This document shows positions 1 to 9,568 of a stretch of 64,000 nt of DNA, one piece after another (the first letter of the stretch is position 1; the number at the start of each line of letters is the position of its first letter). The stretch comes from a virus. The position numbers were made by a program, and so were the translations under genes. The notes beneath the pieces were generated by a model that saw only the letters and a list, made by a program, of their open reading frames with translations, was not told the origin of the DNA and did not search any database. The stretch is taken from IMG/VR virus record IMGVR_UViG_3300017917_003607, positions 1-64,000 of that record; one strand, 5' to 3'.

Positions 1-392
1 CACTTGTTCCTGAAGAACCTGATGTTCCGCTTGAGCCAGAACTACCTGATGTTCCGCTTGAGCCAGAACTACCTGATGTTCCGCTTGAGCCAGAACTACC
101 TGATGTTCCTGAAGAACCACTGGTTCCTGAAGAGCCTGAACTACCGCTAGTTCCTGAAGAACCACTTGAACCTGAAGTACCTGAGGAGCCACTTGTTCCG
201 CTAGAGCCTGAAGAACCCGAACTGCCTGATGTACCTGAAGAACCTGATGTTCCTGATGAACCACTTGAACCTGAGGTTCCTGATGAACCACTTGAACCTG
301 AAGTTCCTGAAGAACCACTTGAACCTGAAGTGCCGCTTGACCCAGATTTTCCTGAACTACCACTAGACCCTGATGTACCACTAGTTCCTGTT
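1..392. repeat. Coding 9-bp-period repeat (G-S-S/G-T-S) including three exact 27-bp tandem copies at 21-101
   Basis: gatgttccgcttgagccagaactacct x3 with no spacers. Confidence 0.9.
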
Positions 393-1030
393 GTTACTCC
401 CGTGATAGAAATTGTACCACCTGTACTATTAAATAATTCAATGGTGGATGCGCTTAGTACATAGGTACCACCTGTTATTTGAGTGTCTGTACCACGAAAT
501 ATTCTCCATCTAGCGTTATCTCGAGTAACCCCATTTTGTCCCTCAATTGTTGAGCCAGTCCAAGCACCAATGAAATCACGACCTGCTTGAGAACGGCTAT
601 TAATTACTGTGGAATAATCTGTTGTTGTAATTGCCGAACTACCAGTAAGTCCTGTAACCGCATTCCAAAGAGTATCGTAGTTAGGAATTATATATTGGTA
701 TACTAAGTCTGTCTCATACACATAAACTTGCATACCCAATCTTCTTCTTCCTGATGATACATTGTCGGAGTTAAGAGAGATTGAATCGGGAGAAAATGCT
801 GAGCCAGTACCTTTTGTAAAATTAATAGGTATTGTGTTTGCCGATAACTGAATTTGTGATGGGTATGTATCAGCGGTTAGTGTTAAACTTAAATCTGATA
901 AGTGTAAAACTTCCATGTATCCACCCACAGACAAAACTGAAAAATTAGTTCCATAAACGACGGTCCTTGGAACACTGTCTGGACCTGATAATTGTACTGA
1001 GGTTATTGGATTTTTATATGGAATAGACAT
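1..1030 (-). CDS. Virion fibre/adhesin protein with G-S-S/G-T-S repeat; partial, runs off the left edge
   Basis: Not in the ORF track. ATG at 1030 (MSIPYKNPITSVQLSG...), open to the window edge. RRRLGMQVYVYE segment is followed by a long Gly-X-Y Ser/Thr tract. Confidence 0.8.
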   Translation of the reverse strand, partial: MSIPYKNPITSVQLSGPDSVPRTVVYGTNFSVLSVGGYMEVLHLSDLSLTLTADTYPSQIQLSANTIPINFTKGTGSAFSPDSISLNSDNVSSGRRRLGMQVYVYETDLVYQYIIPNYDTLWNAVTGLTGSSAITTTDYSTVINSRSQAGRDFIGAWTGSTIEGQNGVTRDNARWRIFRGTDTQITGGTYVLSASTIELFNSTGGTISITGVTTGTSGTSGSSGSSGKSGSSGTSGSSGSSGTSGSSGSSGTSGSSGSSGTSGSSGTSGSSGSSGSSGTSGSSGTSGSSGSSGTSGSSGSSGTSGSSGTSGSSGSSGTSGSSGSSGTSGSSGSSGTSGSSGTS

Positions 1031-1059
1031 TCGTTTCTAATTTGTAATTACACTTTAAT

Positions 1060-2085
1060 TTATGATTTTGTATCACCTTTGATAAATATTGATGAGTTTA
1101 AAATTGGTAATGGTCCAAGGGATGGATATCCTAAAATATTTGGTAACCATAGAACTCTGTATGTGCCTGATGGGATTGCACAACCTGAAGGAACTGTAAC
1201 ATTTATCCCCGCATTTGTAGTATCGGGAATTCCATTATCAACGATAGATACTGAACATGCCGTACTTCTACCAGCATCTACTGTCATATTTGTCATTGAC
1301 CCCCCTACACCCGCTAATGGTATCCAAATAGAATACGCATATTGTATGTCAGGGTCTACCATAGTTGTTGTAATTTCTACAGTTCCAAAGACATATTGGT
1401 TTTGAGGACATGAGTAAGAGTCGGTACCAACACCTGATGATTGTCTGATTGCACTTTTAATTGTACCAACGTTTGTTATAAAGTTACCTGAAGAACCAGT
1501 CCAACCTGAGTATTGAACATATATTCCCAAATTGCTCGCATAATTTGCACCTGATGGGTATACACCATCATTACCATAACCAAACCATGTAGAACCACTA
1601 TTCGATAGATACTGTCCTAAATCCAATTGAGATGTTGCATCTAAAGGTTCAGGGAATATATATGCGTAGTATGGTGCTTGAGATGGTGTTACTGTCGGTG
1701 TCGGTGTTACAGATGTCGTTGTTGTTGGTGTTACAGATGGTGTTGGTGTTACAGTTACTGTATTTGTTGGCGTTGGAGTGAGTGTTGGTGTTACAGATGG
1801 TGTTGGTGTCGGGGTAGGTGTAGTTAAACATATTGGGTCATTATTGTATACAATAATTGGTAACCCCGCCACCATTTGTGTTCTCGTAGCCGCTGAATAT
1901 ATTGCAGTGGTACCTGTAGAACCACTATAAACAGCAAAAGGTCCTAAGGCGTTGGATTGTGAACTTATTTTTACTAAATAAGTTTCAGAACATGCTGTCG
2001 TTGTAATTTGTGATTGTATTGTTGTTGCCGAACAGGTTGGGTCATTGTTAACAACAAAAATATTGAGGGTATATGCCGATGCCAT
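1060..2085 (-). CDS. Putative virion surface protein with Pro-Thr linker
   Basis: 341 aa; two beta-rich domains joined by a TPTPTPS tract; lies in the fibre cluster. Confidence 0.65.
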   Translation of the reverse strand: MASAYTLNIFVVNNDPTCSATTIQSQITTTACSETYLVKISSQSNALGPFAVYSGSTGTTAIYSAATRTQMVAGLPIIVYNNDPICLTTPTPTPTPSVTPTLTPTPTNTVTVTPTPSVTPTTTTSVTPTPTVTPSQAPYYAYIFPEPLDATSQLDLGQYLSNSGSTWFGYGNDGVYPSGANYASNLGIYVQYSGWTGSSGNFITNVGTIKSAIRQSSGVGTDSYSCPQNQYVFGTVEITTTMVDPDIQYAYSIWIPLAGVGGSMTNMTVDAGRSTACSVSIVDNGIPDTTNAGINVTVPSGCAIPSGTYRVLWLPNILGYPSLGPLPILNSSIFIKGDTKS

Positions 2086-2183
2086 TTAAATCCTTTATAA
2101 CATAAATACAATAAGATTTAAAAGTGGGTTGTAAATTTTAATCAATAATTCTTTTAATTGATTGTTTGAATAAAATAAAATTT

Positions 2184-2843
2184 TTAAACACAAGTACAAT
2201 CGACATAACTACTATGAACTAAGTGGGTTACAAGTCCTGAATAATTACTCAAAACCTCATAGCAACCAGCAATTGGTGCACCCATAGGAGTTGTTTTTAA
2301 TTTTACAAAATCTCCGACATTAGCCGTACCATATGCAATTGTTTTCAAATTCAATGGGTCTGAACATTCTCGTACTAACATCGCATTAAAACCAGACGTA
2401 CTTGGCGTAATTGTTGGTGTAACCGACGGTGACACTGTAACTGTTGGTGTAATTGAAGTTGTAATTGACGGGGTTGGTGTTTGTGTAATTGTTGGAGTTA
2501 CAGAAGGTGTAATAGATGGTGTAGGAGTATTTGTTGGTGTTGGTGTCGGTGATACAGCAGTGATTGAAATACAAAACTGACACTGTACTGAGTTAATGAT
2601 TACATCAAACGGACAAGTTGTATCACAAGTTAGTGTTTTAATTACTTCACATCCATTATTATCAATCATTTTCAAAATTACTTGTGAAGCCCCAACAAAT
2701 ATTGATGGTAAAACAAAAGTTAGTGTTGGTGATGTTGTACTACCTGTACCAATCAAAATACAATTATTTAGGTCCAACCCACACATATAAAATGTGTATG
2801 GTGCGGTTCCCGTTACTGATGTTATGTATAATTTCGCGCCCAT
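2184..2843 (-). CDS. Cys-containing virion accessory protein with Pro-Thr linker; paralog of 6897-7451
   Basis: N-terminal domain shares the VTGxxPY...C...C and IDNNGCE motifs with 6897-7451. Confidence 0.65.
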   Translation of the reverse strand: MGAKLYITSVTGTAPYTFYMCGLDLNNCILIGTGSTTSPTLTFVLPSIFVGASQVILKMIDNNGCEVIKTLTCDTTCPFDVIINSVQCQFCISITAVSPTPTPTNTPTPSITPSVTPTITQTPTPSITTSITPTVTVSPSVTPTITPSTSGFNAMLVRECSDPLNLKTIAYGTANVGDFVKLKTTPMGAPIAGCYEVLSNYSGLVTHLVHSSYVDCTCV

Positions 2844-2972
2844 TTAATTTTCTTCTTTAATTATTGTATAATCCAAAATATTACCGTAAATATCTAACCA
2901 ATCAACACACTCTTGATATGTTTGATATTTTTGAATTACATTACCTGAATTTATTTCAATTATACTATACAT
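2844..2972 (-). CDS. Small hypothetical protein (42 aa), possible fibre-associated chaperone
   Basis: Below the ORF-track cutoff. MYSIIEINSGNVIQKYQTYQECVDWLDIYGNILDYTIIKEEN fills the gap between two genes. Confidence 0.6.
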   Translation of the reverse strand: MYSIIEINSGNVIQKYQTYQECVDWLDIYGNILDYTIIKEEN

Positions 2973-2974
2973 CT

Positions 2975-4771
2975 TTAATAAAATTTAAGAGTTAGGGTCT
3001 GCGTTGCTGCACCAACTGTAGAACCAATGCCTCCCCAGTTTGAGTTGTTAATCCATGGTCTTAAGGCCGCGGTGCTGCTTCCACTACACAAAGCAACATT
3101 TGCAAATTCCACTGCACCATTTGCTGTTCCTCCAGCCCTACAAGTACAACAACCAACATTCCATGTTACACCACTTATTGTAGTTGCAAATGTTATACCT
3201 GTAGTACCCGTTCTCAATGCATTTGCAATTTGTTGAACTTTAACCGAGTCTGTAATTCCAGTATACCCTTGTCCGTTTGAGCTTGTAAAATCAAATTTTG
3301 TGTATGTTCCTGTAAGTTGTTCTCTAAAAGTTGTCCAAGCAGTTTCTATTGTAGTACCAGGCGCTTGACCTGATGTAAATGTTTGTGAGAAAGTAACCGC
3401 TGAAGAAGGTGGTGGAGTTGTACTTGGTGTTACTGTGTTTGTGGGTGTTATTGATGGTGTTACCGTAGTTGTTGGCGTTATTGATGGAGTAACCGTAACC
3501 GATGGTGTAGGTGTTACCGAATTTGTTGGGGTTACAGAATTAGTTGGAGTTATGGTGTTTGTTGGGGTTACTGTAGGTGTTGGTGTTGGTTCTATAAATC
3601 TTGGAGATAAGAAATCATATTGTTGAGTTATTTCAGATGGTGTTAAAGACCTATCATAGTAGTACATGTTTGCAACGTATCCAAATGGTTGACCAGGAAT
3701 GGAACCCCAATAATCATGTCTATTTCCTCCCGCATTATAAGATACTGTACCAACTTGACTTGAGTTAACATAATAGGTACTTCCTGTAGAATTCGCAACT
3801 ACTGTAAGTTGGACCCATGTGTCCACAATTGGTGTAACATCATAACCAGCGTTTATAAAACTTGCTGTGTCATTATCATAGAATCCTAAATTATTTGAAC
3901 CAACCGCAACTAATAATGGGTGGTCATTTGGTGCCGTTCTATATAATGTCCTCCAAGTTGAGGTACCACTCTTTAATCTCACCCAAGAGATGTATGTATA
4001 TCCTGATGTTGGAAGTGTTGGACCTGTTCCAACATTTCTAATATATGTGTTAGAAGAACCATTACAATCAAAACACTTAATTGTATTCAATATTGTATAT
4101 GGTGCATTTGTTAATGTGTGGTTGTAAGTTCCTGGCGATTGTAAATTAACAACAGTTGTTCCTGAACCAGGATAACTTTCAGTAGAATACGCATCAAGTT
4201 GGATTACCAACCCTGAAGTTACAATATTAGGTGTTGGAGTAATTGTTGGAGTTACAGTTGGTGTTGCGGTAGAACTTGGTGTTTGAGTAACTGTTGGAGT
4301 TGGAGTTACTGACTTTGTTGGTGTTGTAGTAACTGTTGGGGTAGGTGTTATAGTAGAACTTGGTGTTTGAGTTACCGTTGGTGTTATTGTTGGGGTAGGT
4401 GTAGGTGTTGGACTAACATTAACAAATGATGTCCAATATCCATTGTTGTTTAAATATGTTTTCGCTGTTGTGGTATCGGTAAAATTCTGCGTTTTAATTA
4501 CAGAATTACAAAGAGCAATAAACTCTTGGTCTGTAATTGTTTTAGTCCTCCAAAACTGAACATATCCAAAACCACCATATGGTGTTGGTTGTGTTCCTCC
4601 ACTTTGTGGATAAGCAATTACATAACCCAAATCCTCATCGGGACCATTCCACCATTGTATACCTGTTGATTCAAAACCACTTGTGGGGACACCAATAGCA
4701 AGGTTACCAACTTGTTCGGTACCTGATATTGTTGAACCTGTATTGTATGCAAATGGTCTTGATGTTGGCAT
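2975..4771 (-). CDS. Multidomain adhesin with LamG/ConA-like lectin domain and Pro-Thr linkers
   Basis: IVTSGLVIQLDA...YPGSGT start and YYYDRSLTPSEITQQY end are typical of phage LamG-like domains; two PT tracts. Confidence 0.75.
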   Translation of the reverse strand: MPTSRPFAYNTGSTISGTEQVGNLAIGVPTSGFESTGIQWWNGPDEDLGYVIAYPQSGGTQPTPYGGFGYVQFWRTKTITDQEFIALCNSVIKTQNFTDTTTAKTYLNNNGYWTSFVNVSPTPTPTPTITPTVTQTPSSTITPTPTVTTTPTKSVTPTPTVTQTPSSTATPTVTPTITPTPNIVTSGLVIQLDAYSTESYPGSGTTVVNLQSPGTYNHTLTNAPYTILNTIKCFDCNGSSNTYIRNVGTGPTLPTSGYTYISWVRLKSGTSTWRTLYRTAPNDHPLLVAVGSNNLGFYDNDTASFINAGYDVTPIVDTWVQLTVVANSTGSTYYVNSSQVGTVSYNAGGNRHDYWGSIPGQPFGYVANMYYYDRSLTPSEITQQYDFLSPRFIEPTPTPTVTPTNTITPTNSVTPTNSVTPTPSVTVTPSITPTTTVTPSITPTNTVTPSTTPPPSSAVTFSQTFTSGQAPGTTIETAWTTFREQLTGTYTKFDFTSSNGQGYTGITDSVKVQQIANALRTGTTGITFATTISGVTWNVGCCTCRAGGTANGAVEFANVALCSGSSTAALRPWINNSNWGGIGSTVGAATQTLTLKFY

Positions 4772-4781
4772 TTATAAAATA

Positions 4782-6869
4782 TTATACTCCTTCGTAAGAA
4801 CCGTTAAATTGTAAACTATCTCCATCACCAAAAGAAAAAGGAAATATCCCTGATACTCCTTCTGATGAATTTGAACCAGCAGATTGAGCAATAATTCCAG
4901 TATAAGTTGTTTGTCCGAAGTATGTTCCATTTACAGTTCCTTGATACCAAGCAAGTCCATTGTTCAGCATTGAACATGGAAACTGTATTGTTTCTGAACT
5001 TGCAGCTTGTATTGGTAAACCGAATTCCCAAGCTCCATTTCCAACTGTTGTTGTAGTACCCAACAGTAATTTTACCCTAACAAATACTGTTTTACCAACC
5101 GTTGTGTAATAACCTTCTAAAGTTCCATTTCCTATAGATGGTTGTGGGGGGCCGCTCTGAGATGTCCAAGTAACAGGATAACTAACCCATGCAGTTGATG
5201 GTACGGTACCGCTTGTTCCGCTTGTTCCACTTGAGCCTGAGCTACCTGAAGTTCCTGAAGAACCAGATTTACCTGAAGAACCGCTTGAACCTGATGTTCC
5301 TGAACTACCTGAACTACCTGATGTCCCTGAACTACCTGAAGTTCCTGAAGAACCACTTGAACCTGAAGTTCCTGATGGTGTTTCTAGCGTTGTTACTAAA
5401 TATGAATAATGTAAAGTACCTTCGGAATAGAAAGTCACCGTTCTGTTTTGATTGTCATTATTATTAACATATAAATCAACAATTATTCTATCAGTAACAT
5501 CAAGAACAGCAGTGGTTGGTAATCCATTAATTTTAATCTCTACTGGTGTTGTATTGTTTGTATCCCACCCAATTTGAACCGCGCTTGATGTAAATAAAGT
5601 AGTTTTAGTACCACCAGTTGTATACTTAGAGACCACATAATATACACTTAAATTATCATTTTGAGTGTTCTTTGTAAAGTAACAGTAAGCATGCCACAAT
5701 CCATTAGGTATTACAACCGCATTTGGTAAACCTGAGTCAGTAATAAAACCCCCATTAACTAAGACATTTTGTTGGTTTGGGGTTAAATTTACCACCACTG
5801 TAGATTCGGGTTGACCGTCAGTAAATTCACCTAATTCTTTATATGGACTTACATCCTGAACGACTGATTGATTGAAAAATAAATTTTGTCCACCTGATAT
5901 ACCATCTTGTCCACTTGTTCCTGATGAACCTGAACTACCTGATGAACCTGAACTACCCGATGTTCCTGATGTCCCTGATGAACCTGAACTACCCGATGTT
6001 CCTGATGAACCTGATGAACTACCAACAGCGACCCCAACTTGTTTGAATATGAAAATTACAGATGGCGATGAAGGTCTTGTTGGTGTTGTTTGGATTGGAA
6101 GTGCGGCAAGTTGAACATCAGCATCATTTGCAGAACAATAAAGTTCAACGTAATCGCCAGCATTTAAATCAAAAATAAATGGGACAAATGGTAATTGATA
6201 CGCGCTGTTTGAAACTAAAGTAATAGTTGATGTTGTACCCGTTGCTGGAGTTCCATTTATAGCAATCCAAAACGAAATGTCTGTTGAAGTACCACCTTGT
6301 GTTCTTTCAACCTGTGCCGAAAAACCGAATTCATATTGACCGTCGTATGGTACTGTAAATCTACTGTTATTTACCAATGATATTCCATATTGATAATCAA
6401 TAGTATTGGCCGTTATTACCGTGGCAACATCTTCACCTATTAGTTGATTGGTTGTATCTGAATATTGTGCAGCCCAGTTAGCTATACCAGCACCACTTGT
6501 ACCTGGTGCACCATTAGTACCACTAGTTCCTGATGTTCCTGAAGAACCACTTGTTCCACTTGAACCTGATGTTCCTGAAGAACCGCTTGAACCTGAGGTT
6601 CCACTAGAACCTGAACTGCCTGATGTTCCTGATGAACCGCTTGAGCCTGATGTTCCTGAACTGCCTGAACTGCCAGATGTTCCTGATGAACCGCTTGAAC
6701 CTGAAGTTCCACTAGAACCTGATGAACCACTAAATTGTTGTGTTAAGGCTGAAAAGGGTATTGAATATGTCACACCAGATGCTACAACGTCATAATTAAC
6801 TATGACCATCAAAGAATCAGGTGAACCTGATGTTGCTAAAGGTAATTGTGATATTGGTAAATTTGCCAT
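4782..6869 (-). CDS. Collagen-like fibre protein: three G-S-S/G-T-S tracts, a C1q/TNF-like domain and a C-terminal tip domain
   Basis: N-terminal PISQLP fibre motif; Gly every third residue in the tracts; FTVPYDGQYEFGFSAQV is C1q/BclA-like. Confidence 0.75.
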   Translation of the reverse strand: MANLPISQLPLATSGSPDSLMVIVNYDVVASGVTYSIPFSALTQQFSGSSGSSGTSGSSGSSGTSGSSGSSGTSGSSGSSGTSGSSGSSGTSGSSGSSGTSGSSGTSGSSGTSGTSGTNGAPGTSGAGIANWAAQYSDTTNQLIGEDVATVITANTIDYQYGISLVNNSRFTVPYDGQYEFGFSAQVERTQGGTSTDISFWIAINGTPATGTTSTITLVSNSAYQLPFVPFIFDLNAGDYVELYCSANDADVQLAALPIQTTPTRPSSPSVIFIFKQVGVAVGSSSGSSGTSGSSGSSGTSGTSGSSGSSGSSGSSGTSGQDGISGGQNLFFNQSVVQDVSPYKELGEFTDGQPESTVVVNLTPNQQNVLVNGGFITDSGLPNAVVIPNGLWHAYCYFTKNTQNDNLSVYYVVSKYTTGGTKTTLFTSSAVQIGWDTNNTTPVEIKINGLPTTAVLDVTDRIIVDLYVNNNDNQNRTVTFYSEGTLHYSYLVTTLETPSGTSGSSGSSGTSGSSGTSGSSGSSGTSGSSGSSGKSGSSGTSGSSGSSGTSGTSGTVPSTAWVSYPVTWTSQSGPPQPSIGNGTLEGYYTTVGKTVFVRVKLLLGTTTTVGNGAWEFGLPIQAASSETIQFPCSMLNNGLAWYQGTVNGTYFGQTTYTGIIAQSAGSNSSEGVSGIFPFSFGDGDSLQFNGSYEGV

Positions 6870-6896
6870 TTTATATAAATATATTTTTTGATTTTA

Positions 6897-7451
6897 TTAT
6901 GCGGGGTTCCAAATTATTTTATCACCACTCTCTTGTAATATGAAATCTCCATTCTCCTGTAATAAGAAGAACGTCTCAAAACCAGATGGTGTTATTGTTG
7001 GGGTTGGAGTGTTGGTTGGAGTATTAGTTGGTGTATTAGTTGGTGTCTTAGTTACAGTGATTGAGGGCGTAACCGTAGGAGAAATAGTTGGTGTTACTGA
7101 TGGTGTAGGAGTGTTGGTTGGTGTAACCGAAATAGATGGTGTTATACTTGGTGTTGGAGATGGTGTAACATCAAATAAACACGGATAGTTTGTTTCATCA
7201 TAAAGAACTACTTGGAATGTGCAATTTTCATCACACATAATTGTTTTCTTTATCTCACATCCATTATTATCAATTAATTTTACCAATATAATTGGTGCAG
7301 TATCAAATAAGGATGATAAATAAAAAACTTGACCTAAAGTATCACCACTAAGTACACCAAGGTATTCACATAATACTTCGAAAAGATTACATACGTAAAC
7401 ATCATACGGAGTACTTCCCGTAACATTTTGTATGATTAATCTCGCTGCCAT
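6897..7451 (-). CDS. Virion accessory protein: Cys domain, PT linker and LLQENG motif
   Basis: Paralog of 2184-2843; ends [18 protein letters not shown]. Confidence 0.65.
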   Translation of the reverse strand: MAARLIIQNVTGSTPYDVYVCNLFEVLCEYLGVLSGDTLGQVFYLSSLFDTAPIILVKLIDNNGCEIKKTIMCDENCTFQVVLYDETNYPCLFDVTPSPTPSITPSISVTPTNTPTPSVTPTISPTVTPSITVTKTPTNTPTNTPTNTPTPTITPSGFETFFLLQENGDFILQESGDKIIWNPA

Positions 7452-9568
7452 TATGTTTCACAATTGATATCATAATTAATTATCAATCCGCTTATGAATT
7501 CAGAATCACTCAATTGGTCCGTAGTTCCCTCACACGCCGACTTCACTTGAATTGTGTTTGTTACTGGATTTACAATATATTCCGCAACACCAGTTATACC
7601 TGATATTAATCCTTCTATTGTATCAACCCATAGACTCTCAGATGGTACATCAGAAATTGTAGTTCCTGTATAAAAATTTTGAGTAAATGTGTTACCCGAA
7701 ACCTTAACAGTTGCAGTAAAAACCGCTGTTGACAAAACACAATTTGTATTTCCCGATGTTAAATCATAAAATCCTTCATTCAACATTGAGCTAATGTCTC
7801 TCTCGTTATTATATGTTGTTTTGAAATTGTCGCTAACAATTGGAATTGTTTGATAACCTGTCACTGTTGGTGTACATGGTACTATAACACTTCTTGTTAA
7901 TGTACAACCACTAGCATCTGTGATGGTCAAATTATATGTTCCACCACTAAGACCTGACAAATTTGGTGAGTTTGGTAATGAATTGTCCGACCATAAATAA
8001 TTAAAAGGTGGTGTACCCCCAACTATTGTTGTTACTATACTTCCCTCATTATTACCTGAACCACAGTTAGTTGCAACCATACCAAAATCTAAAGATTCTG
8101 AATCAGATATTACAAAATTATTTATTACCGAGCAATTGTCTTGGTCTCTGACTTGTAACTGATAAACACCAGATGTAAGTCCGTTAAAGGTTACTGCAGA
8201 TTGAATAATATCGATATACTGTGTTATTGAAACATCATTTTTGGTTAGTATAAAATCTAAAACTCCCGTGTATCCCGAACCAACAATTACATTACATGTA
8301 CCATTATCTAAACCACAAGTAGTCCCTGTGGTACTTGATGTTACTGAAAATTTATCGTTAGTATATATTGTAACCTCTTGTTGGTAAGTACAATTAGAAC
8401 CGTTACTAATTATAACTGTGTAAGTTCCTGATTCTAAATCAGTGTATGTTTGTTTAGTTAAGTTAGAAACTATTTGTTGGGATGATGAGTCAGGCTTAAT
8501 AAGTGTGTACGTAAAAGGTGTATTACCAATAACGTTTACTGTTATAGTCCCGCCACTCACCGAGCATGTTGAATTTGTTGCGGATATACCAACAACTGAA
8601 AAACCAGCTGACGCCTGTAGATATGTTGTACCCGTTACATTACATAAAGTGGCATCTGTAACAGTTACTATTGTTGTTCCAGGGCTAAATCCTGAGAATG
8701 TTACGTCAGTGGCATAAGATATTAATGTACTTCCATTACTCGCGGAATAATAAAATGGTCCCGTTCCTCCTGTTACAATAATTCTAACAGTACCATCACC
8801 TGAAAAACAAGATGGGCTTGTTGTTTGAATTGATGCAATTGTTAATGGGTCTGCGTTGTTAACTACAGCATCCTTTACAACTTGACATCCGCTTGAATCA
8901 CTAACCGTTACGGTGTATGTGTCGGCAGTAAGACCTGTAATTGTCGTACCTGTAGAGCCGTTATTCCAAAGGTATGTAAATGGAGGAGTTCCTGTTAATC
9001 CTGTTATTTGGACTTTACCAACATTGCCATAACAATTAGTGTCGTTAACAATATAAAAACCATAATCTAATGGTGTTGAAGGTAATACAATTATTGATTC
9101 TGAATATCCTGAACACCCACCATAATCTTCATAGTAGGCATCATATATACCACTCGGAAGTGAGTTAAATTCTAAAGTACCATCAGTTGTTGAACCTGAT
9201 TTAACTACGGTGGAACCCGAAAATAATTTAATAGTAATTGGGTAAGCTGTTGAAGCTCCTGTTATTGTTATTATTCCATTGTCTAATCCGCAAGTTGTTG
9301 CAGATACACTCGCAACATCTAAACACCCACCACTCGAGACAATTGCATTTATGTAAAATTCATTGTTTACATCACCCAACGCATCGTTAGCTCTAATGAT
9401 GTAAGCACCTGCCGACAATCCTGTTTTAGTTGAGCCTGTACCTAAGTTTGGTGTTACAAAATCGATAGTATATGGTTCAACACCACCCGAAATGGTTACA
9501 TTAATAATTCCCGAACCATTGTTCGTACAATCACCAGTAACATAAAGATTATAACCAAAAGCCGCCAT
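7451..9568 (-). CDS. SprB-repeat-containing virion protein
   Basis: Repeated G.I.V...GGT.PY/F.Y.W...GL..GTY.VT..D..GC units. Confidence 0.75.
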   Translation of the reverse strand: MAAFGYNLYVTGDCTNNGSGIINVTISGGVEPYTIDFVTPNLGTGSTKTGLSAGAYIIRANDALGDVNNEFYINAIVSSGGCLDVASVSATTCGLDNGIITITGASTAYPITIKLFSGSTVVKSGSTTDGTLEFNSLPSGIYDAYYEDYGGCSGYSESIIVLPSTPLDYGFYIVNDTNCYGNVGKVQITGLTGTPPFTYLWNNGSTGTTITGLTADTYTVTVSDSSGCQVVKDAVVNNADPLTIASIQTTSPSCFSGDGTVRIIVTGGTGPFYYSASNGSTLISYATDVTFSGFSPGTTIVTVTDATLCNVTGTTYLQASAGFSVVGISATNSTCSVSGGTITVNVIGNTPFTYTLIKPDSSSQQIVSNLTKQTYTDLESGTYTVIISNGSNCTYQQEVTIYTNDKFSVTSSTTGTTCGLDNGTCNVIVGSGYTGVLDFILTKNDVSITQYIDIIQSAVTFNGLTSGVYQLQVRDQDNCSVINNFVISDSESLDFGMVATNCGSGNNEGSIVTTIVGGTPPFNYLWSDNSLPNSPNLSGLSGGTYNLTITDASGCTLTRSVIVPCTPTVTGYQTIPIVSDNFKTTYNNERDISSMLNEGFYDLTSGNTNCVLSTAVFTATVKVSGNTFTQNFYTGTTISDVPSESLWVDTIEGLISGITGVAEYIVNPVTNTIQVKSACEGTTDQLSDSEFISGLIINYDINCET

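Noticed and set aside
21-109. CRISPR-like direct repeats
   Set aside because: Contiguous in-frame coding repeats with no spacers.
5872-6795. Plus-strand PEPDVPE-rich ORFs and alternate-frame VQVHQ ORFs
   Set aside because: Shadow frames of the G-S-S/G-T-S repeat.
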